From: the human T2T-CHM13v2.0 reference genome, Homo sapiens
NCBI RefSeq assembly: GCF_009914755.1
Contig: NC_060942.1
Strand: one strand, 5' to 3'
DNA: 64,000 bases
The position numbers and the translations under genes were made by a program. Position 1 is the first letter of the stretch, and each line of letters begins with the position of its first letter. The notes below the pieces were generated by a model, which was not told where the DNA came from, made no database searches, and saw only the letters and a program-made list of their open reading frames with translations. Below are positions 26,805 through 39,850 of the stretch, one piece after another.

Positions 26805-27175
26805 ATGTAGATTAAATATTTGCTCACAATTATTGTTTCCTTTCTGCCTTTGCCATGCTTTCCCATCCCATTGACTCTGGGCTTGGCCAAGACTTCTTTT
26901 GGTCAATGGAATATGAGTAGATGTGATGTACAGCTCATTGTACTACACAGAAGCTTTCAATGTGCCTGTAATATTTGGCCCTACTTCTCTTGAGCAACAC
27001 TCAGGATGGAGGCTGCTCCATCTAGGTCCCTGAGTGATTGTGCTGCACAGAAACACCCTGCTGACTCCTGATAGATACGTAGTGAGAGCAAGAAATAAAT
27101 GTTTGCTGTTTTGAGCCACTGAGATTTGGAGCTGTTTTTAAATCACAGCGTAGCCCAGCCCAACCTGACTGATAT
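26805..27175 (+). mobile_element. MLT1 (H/I-like) LTR
   Basis: CCCATTGACTCTGGGCTTGGCCA..TTTGGTCAATGGAATATGAG and AATAAATGTTTGCTGTTTTGAGCCACTGAGATTTGG...CTGACTGATA. Confidence 0.8.
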
Positions 27176-27234
27176 GTCTGTGATCTCATTTGACTCTCAT
27201 TATGTCCCTGGGATAGAGAAAAGGCTGATCACAC

Positions 27235-27822
<588 letters not shown>

Positions 27823-28269
27823 AAAAATTAGTATTTTAAAATCTCTTTTTGACATTGTTTCCATTGAACATATGGGAATGCTGAGCCTAAATCTGTTGCA
27901 GAGACCTGCCTAGGCAAATTAAATAACAGAGCCGGAATACAAGTTTTGATTTTCAGACTTTGTGTTCAGAGCTTTCTCCCCGGACTAATAAGTATTGCCT
28001 GAGTTCCACACCTGGAACTGTGCTAAGGAGGCTGGAGGGTCGGGGAGGCAAGTGTTAAGAATGAAAACATTGCTTCTCCAAGGAGTGCAAAGTCTACATG
28101 GTGAGATAAGCTAAATAACAGAGTTAGTTCCAAAGAAGCAGCTGTTTTTTTTAAGGCACACAATATTCTGATTTTCTAAACTTTGAATGCATAAAACTGA
28201 CCTGTGTAGCTTATTCAAATGCAGACTCCTTGGTCCCGCCCTAGAGTTTCCACTTTAATACTATCCTGT

Positions 28270-28510
28270 ATGATTAGAGGAAGTAGAGCAGAGTGGGCTT
28301 TGGCACAAGGCTCCCTGGGTTCAAATCCCTCCTCTGGCACCTACAAATTAATTACATGATCTTGGGGAAGTTATCTAACCTCCCTGTGCCTCGGTTTCTT
28401 CATCTGTGAGATGGGGGTAACATTACCGGTTGTCTTATATTACAGTGAAGATTAAGTTAGGTAATATGGCTAAAAGACATGGCACTTAGCAGACACTTAG
28501 TAAGTGCTAC
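28270..28510 (+). mobile_element. MIR SINE (preceded by a short MER5-like fragment at ~28170-28255)
   Basis: CCTGGGTTCAAATCCC...TGATCTTGGGGAAGTTATCTAACCTCCCTGTGCCTCGGTTTCTTCATCTGTGAGATGGG. Confidence 0.88.
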
Positions 28511-29819
28511 CCATTAGTATTCTGATGCAGGATTTCTAAAAACCATGAGTCTGGGAACTTCCTAAAGGAATGGCCCAGGACAACCCTTTTCTCTGGTGTC
28601 CCAAGTGAGTACCCTTTTATGGGACTTCTTGAGACAATGTCCTCAACCCTTGTGGTGCCTACGGGGGAATTCCAATCATGGAAACTTTGATTGTGGAGGC
28701 ATAGTTGAGACCAGCAGTACATCATGATGACTCTTAAATCATATGTATGCTGCAGGCTTCTGCTCACCCATGCAAAGGTTTGTCCCTGGTAGAAGACCTC
28801 CATGAGCAAACTTCATTTGGGAGCTATCTCTGGCTGTCAGATGGGCAGCAATCCAGAGAGGTGCCTGGTTCTTGGTGCCCTGAGGCTGAGTCAGGCAGGA
28901 TCTGTCTCAGTGGAAACGTTTCACTTATTGCTCTTGCCCTGTGCCAAATGCCTCATTTTGCCCCTTGTTAATCATCAGATATTAGCGTCCATAAGAGTCA
29001 TATTTACCAGGAGAGAGGTTTTCTTCTTCTTCTTTTTAAATGTCTTTGAATAATTCATGTCCAATTTAGAAGGATTAAATATGGTGTGTTCTCCCACTCC
29101 AGCAAGAGCTGGAGGTGAAAATCTGGTTTCTCAGACTGCAGAGGCCAGGCTGCTGGGAACCCTCCCGGATTCAGCCTCTCTTCACTGCTGAGAACTGTTC
29201 GACTCAAGGCCTGCTGGCCTATTTTTCCCTGTTGTCTCACTTGCCTGTACTGGCTCTCCAGTTTTTCTAACTCTTCAAGACCCACTCCTGCCACCTTCTA
29301 CAGAACCCTTAGCAAGCCATCCTCCCACACCTGCAGAGACAGGGAGCCTAGGCCATGGGAAGGCAGACTGGATCTTCTTTGGGAAGTGCAGGGTCTGGAG
29401 CTGGGAGGGCTGCCCATTCCCTGGGCGAGGAGACTGCTGCCACATATATTCTGCTGTGGGCCCAGAAGGAGCTAAGGGACAATGCAGAGCAGGCTCCTCT
29501 GACCAGTCTGCCTACCTGTGCTCAAATTCTGGCTCTACAGCTCCTTGCAGGTGGTGACCTTAGCCAATAACTTAATTTCTCTATTGCTTCAGCATCCCGA
29601 TCCATACAGGAGGATTGATAACAAGCCCTTCTCATAGTGCTGTCCTGAGGATAAAGGTGAAAACACAGGAAATATAGAAACATAGCAACGTTGAAAACAT
29701 AAATAGAAACCACTTAGAACAGGGTCTGTCTGACATTTGATAATCTCTCAATTAACATTAGTGGTTATTATTATGCATCCCTTAGATCAGAATTTGAAGT
29801 TTATAATGAGGTATAGGTT

Positions 29820-30870
29820 TTATTGTATTTTATTTGTTCAATTAAAAATTAATTTTAATTACATAAGGAATTCATGAATACATTCTCCTTGTAAAAAATT
29901 AAAACATTACAGTGGAAACTAAATATCATTTGACTACCTGCATTGCCAAGCTCCCTAGCAGTTATTCATTTTCAGTTTGGTATGCCGCTTTCTACAATTT
30001 TTAAAAAGGCATATATATGTATATATATATGTACTTGTAAAAATCATACAATATATAAGTGTCTATTATAAATGATATCACACATGTATGCATTTTTTAC
30101 TCAACATTGTGTCTTAGAGATTATTTTATTTTAGAACATAGAGATATGCTGTATTCATTTTAACAGCTTTATGCTATTCCGCATTATAAGGATACCACGT
30201 TTAATTTAGCCATTGTTTAAAATTTCACCAATACTGCCATAAATATCCTTGTAGGTGTCTTAATATATGAATATATCTTAAAGGTTTCTCAAGGATTTTC
30301 ATTTTGCTCATTTTTTAAAGTGGTTGTACAACACAGCTTCCCCATCCATTTACACTACCAAATTTAATTTTGCCAATCTAAGCAGTGTCAAAGAATATGC
30401 AATTTTATTGATGTTTTAATTTGAATTTTCCTTATTCCTTAATCCTAATAAAGTTAAGCCTCTATATATTTATTGCCTACTGGTATTTTTTCTTTTGCGA
30501 ATGACCTGTTTGGTTTGCTGCCTGTTGTTTTATTGAGTTAACTTTCTTTTTCTCACTTATTTTTTGAAGTTTTAAAAATATATAATTTGGACAGTAATCT
30601 GTGTTATATTTGGTGACATTAATTTCTTCCATCCATTGTTTGTTTTTTGTCCTATACATGTGCTTAATTTTGATTTAGCCCATTTATATTACCCTGTTCC
30701 TTGATGACTTTTGCTTTTATATCCTATTTATAAGAAGACTCTCCTTATCTTCAACATCATAAAAACATTTTTCAATATTCTCTTCTATTTTTAAAAAGTA
30801 TTAAGTCTTTCATCCATCTGGGCCTTATTTTAGTAAATGATGTAAAGTAAGATCTAATTTTATGCACTAG
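29820..30870 (-). mobile_element. Old L1M (L1ME-like) fragment
   Basis: AT-rich; TTTTTTACTCAACATTGTG, TTTAATTTTGCCAATCT, TTTTCAATATTCTCTTCT and AAGTCTTTCATCCATCTGG are typical antisense L1M 3' blocks. Confidence 0.75.
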
Positions 30871-30879
30871 TCATTGAGC

Positions 30880-31060
30880 TAAGAGCTTTATGTGCATGAT
30901 CTCAGTCACTCACACTATCCGAAAAGTTTGGCACACTCACATCCATCTTCCGGATGAGGAAACATACTGAGAGAGATGCAGTCATTTGCCTCAAGGTCCC
31001 AAAGGTCAACATAGAGTGGTCATCTGAAATGACATCCACCGCTGAGATGACCCAGGTTTG
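30880..31060 (-). mobile_element. MIR SINE
   Basis: CCATCTTCCGGATGAGGAAACATACTGAGAGAG...TTGCCTCAAGGTCCC. Confidence 0.7.
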
Positions 31061-33833
31061 TGTGTGCCCAAATGCCTCTTCTGGAGTTCCCTGCAGGTTG
31101 AACATGGACTGATCACAATAAGAAGAGGAATTTGGACCAAGTAGGGAAGATCCTCTCTCATGTAGGAACGGAAATTACTGAGCATCACTGAAGACCAGGG
31201 AGACAAGCTCTAAAGCAGGCAGCTGACCTCTGAAAAGGACAAAGAATCCCACAGTCTCAGCACCACGACTCACATGTATCAGCTTTGGGCACCGCAACTC
31301 TAGGCTATGAAAGCTTCTTTGGGGGCATCCAACCCAGACAGGTCCTGCACCTCACTGAGTAGAACACTGGTCCAGGCTTGGCTCTTCTTTCTTTACAGCA
31401 GCAGGGGGCCATGAGGCTGTGAGCACAAGCTCTCCTTCATTACCCATTTCTGCTGGGCCCCTGACTGGGGAGGCTAAGTATGGGGTGGGGGTGTTCCAAG
31501 GGTCAACAAAAGGAGGAGGATGAAGGGAAAAGCCAGCCAGCTGAGGGGAAAAGCTCTTTCTGCTATTACCCTGCCCATCGCACAGCCCCCCACCCACTCA
31601 CCTGTATGGACTAGAAGCCTGGCCCAATTGTTCCATCTTTCCCCAAAGGGCCATGAAACACACACTTAGCAATGCAGAGTGGTGGCTCCAGGCACCCTCA
31701 GCATTTACTGTAAATCACGGAGACAGGAGAGATATGAGTCCCCACCTGCAGAATCACTGAAGCAGCTACTCTGGGGATATCTTACCTGAAAATGGTTTTC
31801 CTGCTTCCTCCACAGCCCACTGGGGTTTGGGGGCCAAACACGGAGAAGCTATTCCCTGGGGCAGCATTCTCGAGTCCTGGAAAAGTGTTTTTGATATGAT
31901 CCTGACATCAAGACCCTCTTAAATGCTGGCATTTTCTGACCTTCCTTAGAACTATTTTCCCCTGAAACCGTGCACTCCATGCCCGCCCTCATGTCCTGTG
32001 GTTTTTTTATGTTCAGCCCTGATTATATGTGTTTATTATCTTCTTCCCACTAATAGACATTAAGCTCCTTAAGGGAAGGACTGGCCTTCTTTGTGGGAGA
32101 TCAGTAAATTCTATTTAATTTCTTTTTAAAAAGGTACAAGGAAAAAATTCAATCTTCTTTTTCCTAATAGACCTTTTCTCTAAATCAGCTGCTTTCTTTC
32201 CTCTGCTCAGAACAGAATGCAGTCATTCCCCTATCTAAGCCTTTATTCAGGCCATTCTCCGCTTTCTTCTCAGTCTGAGCTGATGTTTAGACTCTCAGAT
32301 GTGTTGCTCAAGCTGCTCTTGATATGTTCATTTTAACAGCATGTCGTATTCTATATAATGGGAGGAAAAAGAAGAAGTGGCTTTTTCTGCGGGGCTTCCC
32401 CTGAGTCTCCCCCTTGGCCCTAGAGCTGACCTTGTGTGTCCCAGCCATGGAAGAGGCTGTGCACAGCAGCTCAGCAGGCTTGTGCTCCAGACCAGCCAGT
32501 CCTGCCCTCTGCTCTTCATACCCAATCCCATCATCATCAGGTGGGTGATGCCCTCCAGACGCCCCCACTCAAGCACAGATGCTGCTTGGAAGGCATGGGG
32601 AGGCTCACTGGGCCCAGGCTGTCAGCATATCAACCCACATCAGTTAATCAGACTAACTTTTGTATTCTGTTGGCTCTGTCACCTCGTGGTGGGCAGTTTC
32701 CTACCCAGAGCCCCCAGCTTTCCTTTCTTGAGCCCAAATTCACATGGTAGAGCTTGTCCCCATGCAATTTGGATTTAGCAGACATCTCTATTGGTGGATT
32801 AGTGGGAGAAAGGCAACATTCCCTTTACCAAAAAGTACTGAATTTAAAAAGATTAAAACATGATTTCCCTCCCTCCACCTGCCTTCAGTGAAGATGTCTT
32901 CCCCTTAGATAAATGTCGGGCTTATTGATTATTGGATTATACATGTTGGTTTCTTGAGGTCATTAGGCAAGGACACATGTGGATGCCCTTTGTAGGGTGC
33001 CATAATTTCCAGTGTTGACTGCAGAGAAGTGGATTCTCTGCGGGAAAGGGGAACCTTGAGTGGGCTGGGCCTCTCTTGCCTTGCTCCCTTGGCTGTGGAG
33101 CTTGTGAGGGTCCCAGTGAACTTGAATTAGGCCCCATGTGGTGGGCTCTGTTGCCTCACACCAACATCCTGTTTTGTCAGGCTATCCCGGTGGTGCCCAA
33201 CCTCTTAGCTTATTTTGCTTATTTTACCCCTGAGTCTGGTTATGTTTCAGTTTGGGCAGAATGCAGGTAAGACGTGTGTGTGCCCAGCCTGGCTGTGAAT
33301 GTGGTAGTGAGTGAGAGTCTCCTCAGGACAGCCTGGCTCAGTGGCAGGTGCAGGTGGCCAAGGGCCAGCTTCTCCCTGTCCCTTGTGGGCAGAGTCTTCA
33401 GCATTGCCAACCCTGAGCGATGTGGGTTTATGTCAGAGGGAGAGGTGGTTTCCTTGTCAATTCCCTACAGGATTGCTTTAGGCAGAGGTCTTCATTGCTG
33501 CAGTTAGAGTCCATTTATTTTCCGCACCTACACGAATGATCGTATGAGAAAATGTGGCATAGGGTGTAGTTTTACAACAGGGCAGATAGAGACAAACTCT
33601 GCTGGTAGAATGGAGGGAGATTTCAGGGGTTTGGGAGGTTTGAGAGTGAGTCAGAACTTGCCGAGGACAGAACAGGAAGAGCATGTGATCTTTGAGGGCA
33701 TGTTTTGTCCCCAGAAGAGAGCTGAGCCAGTAAAAGGGTGGGGGCATCTGGGAAACAGATGGGAGGTGGGGGTGGGGGGAGTGAAAGGCCATCAGGCTTT
33801 AGTGACACACAAAACCTTGAGTGTGACCAGGAA

Positions 33834-34162
33834 TTTGGATTTCTGTCTATAACAGGGAGCACCCTTCTGAAGGCAGTATAGGTTGGTTTGATTTAGAAAA
33901 CTCACTTAGGAGGCTGGAGTGATTCATCACTCCAGCTGGATTGCATTTTTCCAGGAAGAAGGCCTCCTTGAGAAGAAGATGGGTGAGTGAAGGCAACAAG
34001 CAATTGACATGGATCGAACATCTACACCGGGTAGCTTTGTGTGCGGCTCTCTCGGGGCTTGTGGCTGTCTATAGAGAAGCCCAGAAAGTGAAGGGTTTTC
34101 TAAATCAAACCAACTTATACTGCCTTCAGAAGGGCGCTCCCTTTTATAGACAGAAATCCAAA
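33834..34162. repeat. 68-bp inverted repeat (33834-33901 / 34095-34162) with a 193-bp spacer
   Basis: Manual alignment of arm 1 to the reverse complement of arm 2: 65/68 identical, no gaps. Confidence 0.97.
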
Positions 34163-35108
34163 CAGAATTCTGGCATAAAGAGGAGTTTGGCTGCACAGCA
34201 ATGACTTCTTCAGTAGCCTTTTGTTCCTTGTTGAGGGAGGGTCTGTGGTCACTGAGGGCCAAGGGCCATAGCGCTCAGGTTTTGGAAATGGCCCCTTGAA
34301 GAAGCCTGTGGGAAGTGAATTGCAGCTGTGATTCAAGTCAGGTCAACCAGAAGTTTCAGAGTTCATGGTGAGCCCAGGACACCCTCTTTCCTGGGGGTCA
34401 GCTGAGGCAGTAGAGACTGCACATCTGCACTGGGGGACCCGTCCTCTGTGCAGGGGAAACAGCCCAAATACCAAGGACTTTTAATAGGATGGCAGTGTTG
34501 CTTAGACTCCCAGGCAGTGCTGTCTAGGTGGGGAATGGGCTAGGACAGGGATAGGTGAGATTTGAAGAGGTAGAGAGCACAAAATGCAGGCATCCCTCAA
34601 AAGAAACACATCCAAATGGTTTTGCAAGTACCATTAGCTAACGTGGTTGAGTGTCTTTATGTGTAGAATTACGTAAGGAGTATGGAAGGCAGGTCAAGAC
34701 CAAAGTGAAATGGTGCGCCTGCTTTCTTGGGGTCCACTTGCCATGGAAGACACGTTCACTCATTCGTTCATCCCACAAATACTGAAATCTCACCATGAGC
34801 TGGCTCTGCACTAGATGTGGGGACATGACCCTAAAAGGGAGGGAGGCATAGCAAACTAGTATAGTGAAAGGGATAATCTGTATTGGTTTGAAAGGGATAA
34901 ACTCTCTAAATAATGCCTGTGAGGTCTTAGGAGGCTGGAGTGATGAAACTGGATTGCATTTTTCCAGGAAGAAGACCTCCTTGAGAAGAAAACGGGTGAG
35001 TGAAGGCAACAAGCAATTGACATGGATCGAGCATCTACACTGGGTAGCTTTGTGTGCGGCTCCCTGGGGGCATGTGGCTGTCTGTAGGGGACCCCAGCAA
35101 GCGAAGGG
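33905..35108 (+). repeat. Direct duplication: 33905-34095 matches 34926-35108
   Basis: Both begin CTTAGGAGGCTGGAGTGAT and end GAAGGG; over 33936-34095 vs 34949-35108 I count 14 mismatches in 160 bp. Confidence 0.97.
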
Positions 35109-35224
35109 ATACTTGTCATACACCATGATGAGAGTGACAGTCACACTTAAAATAGTGCTGGGAAGAAGGGAGGAGGGAAGGAGGGAGAGTAAAAGGAAGG
35201 AAGAACTCGTTAAGAGACCATCGG

Positions 35225-35227
<3 letters not shown>

Positions 35228-35264
<37 letters not shown>
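35228..35264. repeat. (TG)n microsatellite
   Basis: About 18 pure TG units. Confidence 0.97.
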
Positions 35265-35267
<3 letters not shown>

Positions 35268-37184
35268 AGGGAGGGGCAGCCTCAGGAGACCCGGAGGGAC
35301 CCTGTGCTTCTGTTAGTCTCCGTGATGTTGACGCTGAAGCCATGAACACACAAAGATCACAGACGGAAGGAAGAAGAGCTCCGGCTCTAGTTCCTGTGAG
35401 GTACTATGTGTCTCAGAAAAAGTATTAGAGAAGTAGGGAAATGGCTTTTTGATGCTGCTGCTGCATAAACAGGCTTCCCAGGTACAGGCGTATTTTAACG
35501 TGATGTTAAAAGACAAAGAAGGAAGAGTCGAAGTGCTGTCTTTCAGGCCTCTGTGTTGCCTCCTGAAAACCCATCTCATGGAAGTAGACCTAGGAAAGGA
35601 ACCCACCTGGCAGCAACTCCTGGGGGCTGAGGGGCAGGTTGGAGGGGGGGAAGGCAGGAAGGACACGCTGACCACTTAGGTCTCTGGCATCACACAGGGA
35701 ACTCTTGGCTAATCCTCCAGGGAAATCCCTAGAGGCTGAGGCCTGGGAAACCAGCTTCCTAAAGGGTACCCTGTACCTCAGGTTCTGATTTTTCATTCAG
35801 TTTACATAGCCTGTTTGCAGAGCCATCTTAAATATCCTTGCAGTGCATCTGGTGTCAAAGCTTAGGGCTGCCAGCAAGGTCTCCCTGCTCCGTGCCTCTG
35901 CCCATCATTCTGTCTTGGCTCGGTGAAAGGCTGCCCGAGGTATTTTTCTTGCTTGGCTTAAACATTATATCATTTGGGTTAAACATCACCCTCTTTGGCA
36001 CCCTCCTTAAGTCTAATTTATGCATTGTTTTTTTCTGGGAAGGCTTCTAGAACTACCGTACCTTCTGCCTTGGGGCTCCCAGGGCTCTATGGGAAACATG
36101 ATTACTGCACTAAACAGGCAGTCCTATAGGGGTGTGCTACTGAAATGCTGCAGCCTGAGCCCCTCATCCCTCCACGTATATTATAGTTTCTCTGCCAAGG
36201 CAACCAGTGCATGTGCCCACCCTGCCTGTGGGCTGTGAAGGCTGGCATGGGCCCTGCTCCTCACCAGGACCCTGAGCCATCCTCAGTTGGTGCTGGCTGA
36301 AGGCCCCAGCACAGGAAACACGTTCCGATTTGTCTCCACAGAGTAACTATGCTCACTGCAACACCTTTCATTCCTAATAGGGAGGATGAAAACAAGAGTG
36401 AATGCATATAAACATATTGGATTCCTAAGAGTTGGAGTGATAGAGACAGTGAGGGAATGAATTAGAGAAGGGGCGGGGATCATCAACCTGACTGGCTTTC
36501 TAATTTTATAACCCTATTGTGCCTCCCAGGTTAGCCACAGTAAACACAATCCCCTGGTGGTGGCAAGGGCTTTATATCTAAGAACTGGAAAACTACCAAA
36601 GGGACTCTTCCCCAGAATCTCTTCCCTGGAGATCCATTCACCCCACAATCCAGAGAATGTCAGTCTTCATGGGATGCTGAGATAGCTGACTCAGTTCCCA
36701 CCCCTGCCCCACACCCATCCAACCCAGAGAATTCAGTCCTGAAAAACAAAAGGATCAAGCTTTCGGGGAAATCTAACTGTACACACTGGTCACATGTCAG
36801 GGGGATGCAAAGATTCTTTTTCCTATTAATTTCCACTGTGATTTTAGAGACATTCTATAAATGCATTAGACCCCCAGCTCCTTAAGAAGGTAAGAGAATA
36901 TAAGTTATTAATTGCATACCCTACATCCAGTATAGTGCTTGGCACATAGTACGTGCTCAATAAATGATTTTCGGCTGAGATGTTGTGTGTTCTTTGCTGT
37001 TTAATTTATAGTATCTTAGTGGGCTCTGGAATTAGATGAGCCCATATGTGTGCAGCAGATACTGTGGGGAGCACACTCCAGTAGATGAAAAATGTGGTGT
37101 TCAGAGGGTGTGGCTGTTCAAGCAAGCAGCCCAAGGGGGAACCACTGTGAGGAAGCTCACAATCCCCATGTGTTTGTGTGTCTT

Positions 37185-37390
37185 GCACTGTTCTTAGCAC
37201 TCTGCATGTGTCAGCGCCTTTTCTCCTCTCTGCCCACCTGGGAGGCAGGTGGTACTCATCTTTCTTTTACAGATGAGAAAGCCAAGGCAGAGTAAAGAAA
37301 TGACATTCCCAGGTAACACAGCTGGTAAATGGTACAGGACCTCACCCCAGGCTAGCTGATTGGAGGGTTCATGCCCTTAACAACTTCCTT
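37185..37390 (-). mobile_element. MIR SINE
   Basis: GCACTGTTCTTAGCAC...TTTTACAGATGAGAAAGCCAAGGCAGAG...GGTAACACAGCTGGTAAATGG. Confidence 0.8.
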
Positions 37391-39142
37391 CTACTGCTTC
37401 TCTGCAGAACATGGCCCTAACAGTGGGCAGCATGAAACTGAGGAACACAGCAGGAAGCTGATTTAGGCAAACTCAGCAGGTAAGCATGGGGTTAGTCAAC
37501 ACAAGGGCCATCTCCGTGGCTGGCCACTGGGGTCTGGAGCAGGGAGGGTCTGGATACTAGATCGATGATCAAGACAGGGATTCATGCATGAGAGCAAGGC
37601 AAGAAGGCAATGGCCAGAATCAAGCAAGACTGCTCCCAGGGCTCAACGTCTGGTTCATAGTAAAGCTCACAGTGCTGAGTCCCAGGGTCTTATAATACAC
37701 TTCTGAAATACTCCTTCTCTAAGCTCTGTGTTGGCTAAATTCTAGGGCAAGGCCGAACATCAGTCTCAGAATGTTTTCTTAAATAAGGGAATGGAAAAAA
37801 GCAGAAACCATCCAGCCTTGTCCCAATGCACAGACTTGCTCTGTTCCCTTACGGTGAATGCATTCTCTTTAGGCCCACCCTGTTTTTTCACGCCATCCAA
37901 CTGGAGCCAGTGTTTATTTCCAAGGTTGTGTTATATGATGGGGAAAAGTTCTCTGGAGGAAAATTCTGGGGCTCATTAATCAGTGGGTAGAAGAGGAGGA
38001 AAGAATGAGGGAGGGAAGTAAAGAGAAAATTATACCAGGATGATGTTTTCTTTTCCTGTAGGAAAGAATCTAAAATAATTGCATCTCTTGTTTAGAGCAT
38101 TTTTATTTTTCACACTTCATTCCTGTTGATGCAAAGGAATGAGTTACGAGATTGCATTCTTAGGGGGAAACTCTCCCCAGGAAATACATTGCTGTGTCCA
38201 CAGGACTTTTTAGGTCATTGAGGGAATGGGTTGGAAACCACTATTTATTTACAGTGGAAGATGATTGACTAGAAGTTCCTTCCATTCCCCTTTGCTTTTA
38301 AAACACTTTGTGTTTATATATTTATTTGGACAAATTGATTGGCCTCCTTTTGAGTGTAACTGAGAAACCTAGGAATGCTTGTTTAAGATTGCTCAGTGCA
38401 AACGCAGGCTGGGGAATACTCCCTGATTATTTGCTGGGGGACTTATGGTGAAATAAGAAAGGGAATAGTGGCCAATACTGTTAAGCAGGCAGCTTTTGCA
38501 GGCAACAGGCCTTCTACAAGTCCAGCTTTTTCTTTGAAGTGACTAATGCCTTAATTCTCTCTTAACAACCATTAATCAAACTAACCCATAGGACACAACT
38601 TCAATAGCAAATTGAGCCTAAAGTATAAACAGCATATAATGGCTTTGTTTTCCCATCTCTTTGGCATTGGCATTTTAGCAGAGTCCTTGACTAATACAAG
38701 TATGTCCTGGATGGTTGAATTTCAGGAACTGGCCAGAGGCTGGTAGGAGGATTATTATGGGCAGGCTGGCTTTCCTCAACTCTTAATAACACCACCACTC
38801 CACACAGAAAAGAACTTCTCTTATGACTGCCCTCTTTTCCTCATAAATCCCTCAATGAGTTTTCTGAGAATGGGCCCAATGGGCTGGCTGTTCTGGAAGG
38901 ACTTTAATCAGCTTTCTTCATGATGGACTGGAGGGAAAGGTGAGAGAATGCCAGGGGAACAGTTCTGCAGTTGCTTTCACTGATTTTTCACAGGGGTGAA
39001 AGTTTCCTGAGCTCTATCCTGTGATATCAGCATTTGAGCTGGGAGACTTTGAGAGTGTTATGAACTTTGGTTTCTGGGAGAAGTGAAAGAATAAACTGGG
39101 GAGAGAAATTGAGAGAAAGAAGAGGGGTTTGGAGTTGAGGAC

Positions 39143-39517
39143 TCTGTTAGTTTGCTAGGGCTGCCGTAACAAATACCACAGAATGGGTGGTTTAAACAAA
39201 ATAAATGTATTTTTTCACCATTCTGGAGTCTGGAAGTTGGAGATCAAGGAGTTGGCAGGTTGATTTCTTCTGAGGCCTCTCTCCTTGGCTTGTAGATGGC
39301 CATCTTCTGTCTGTGTCTGCACATGGTCATCCTTCTCTACATAACTATGTCCTCTTCTTATAAGGACACCCATCACATTGGATTAGGGCCCACCCTAACG
39401 ACCTCATTTTTACTTAATTAAAAGTTCCATCTCCAAATACAGACACATTTCAAGGTACTTGAATGGGGTAAGGACTTCAACATACAAAATTTGTGAGGAT
39501 ACAATTGAGACATAACA
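39143..39517 (-). mobile_element. MLT1B-like MaLR solo LTR
   Basis: TTAGTTTGCTAGGGCTGCCGTAACAAATACCACAG...CCTCTCTCCTTGGCTTGTAGATGGCC...CTTCTTATAAGGACACC..ATTGGATTAGGGCCCACCCTAA...CATAACA. Confidence 0.92.
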
Positions 39518-39674
39518 AGGAGTGAATTTGGGGAAGCTTCTGCAACCAGAAGTTACGTACGTCCTTCTATTCGTAGAGGAGCCAGCTCTTGGCTACAGAG
39601 CATAGACACTAGAAATCCAGTACCATAGACATTATAAATCACCTAGGAGAGGTTCTAAGGCCCATATATTTTCC

Positions 39675-39850
39675 ATTGGTTTTCCAACTTGGCTGCTTAT
39701 TAAAATTACGAGGAAGTTTTTAAAAACACTGATGCCTAGACACTCACCCTTTGAGACCCTGATTCAATTGGTGTGAGGTGGGGACCAGAGTTAGTAATTT
39801 TTAAAAACTTTTCAGGAGATTTTAATGTGCCACCAGCATAAAAGAAACTA
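39675..39850. mobile_element. MER5-family hAT-Charlie MITE
   Basis: GGTTTTCCAACTTGGCTGC...TTTTTAAAAACACTGATGCC...CTGATTCAATTGGT...GATTTTAATGTGC. Confidence 0.8.

Noticed and set aside
33927-35316. Paralogous peptides (MHFSRKK..RVSEGNKQLTWIEHLH) suggesting a duplicated gene
   Set aside because: The similarity is fully explained by the DNA duplication; no protein family recognised.
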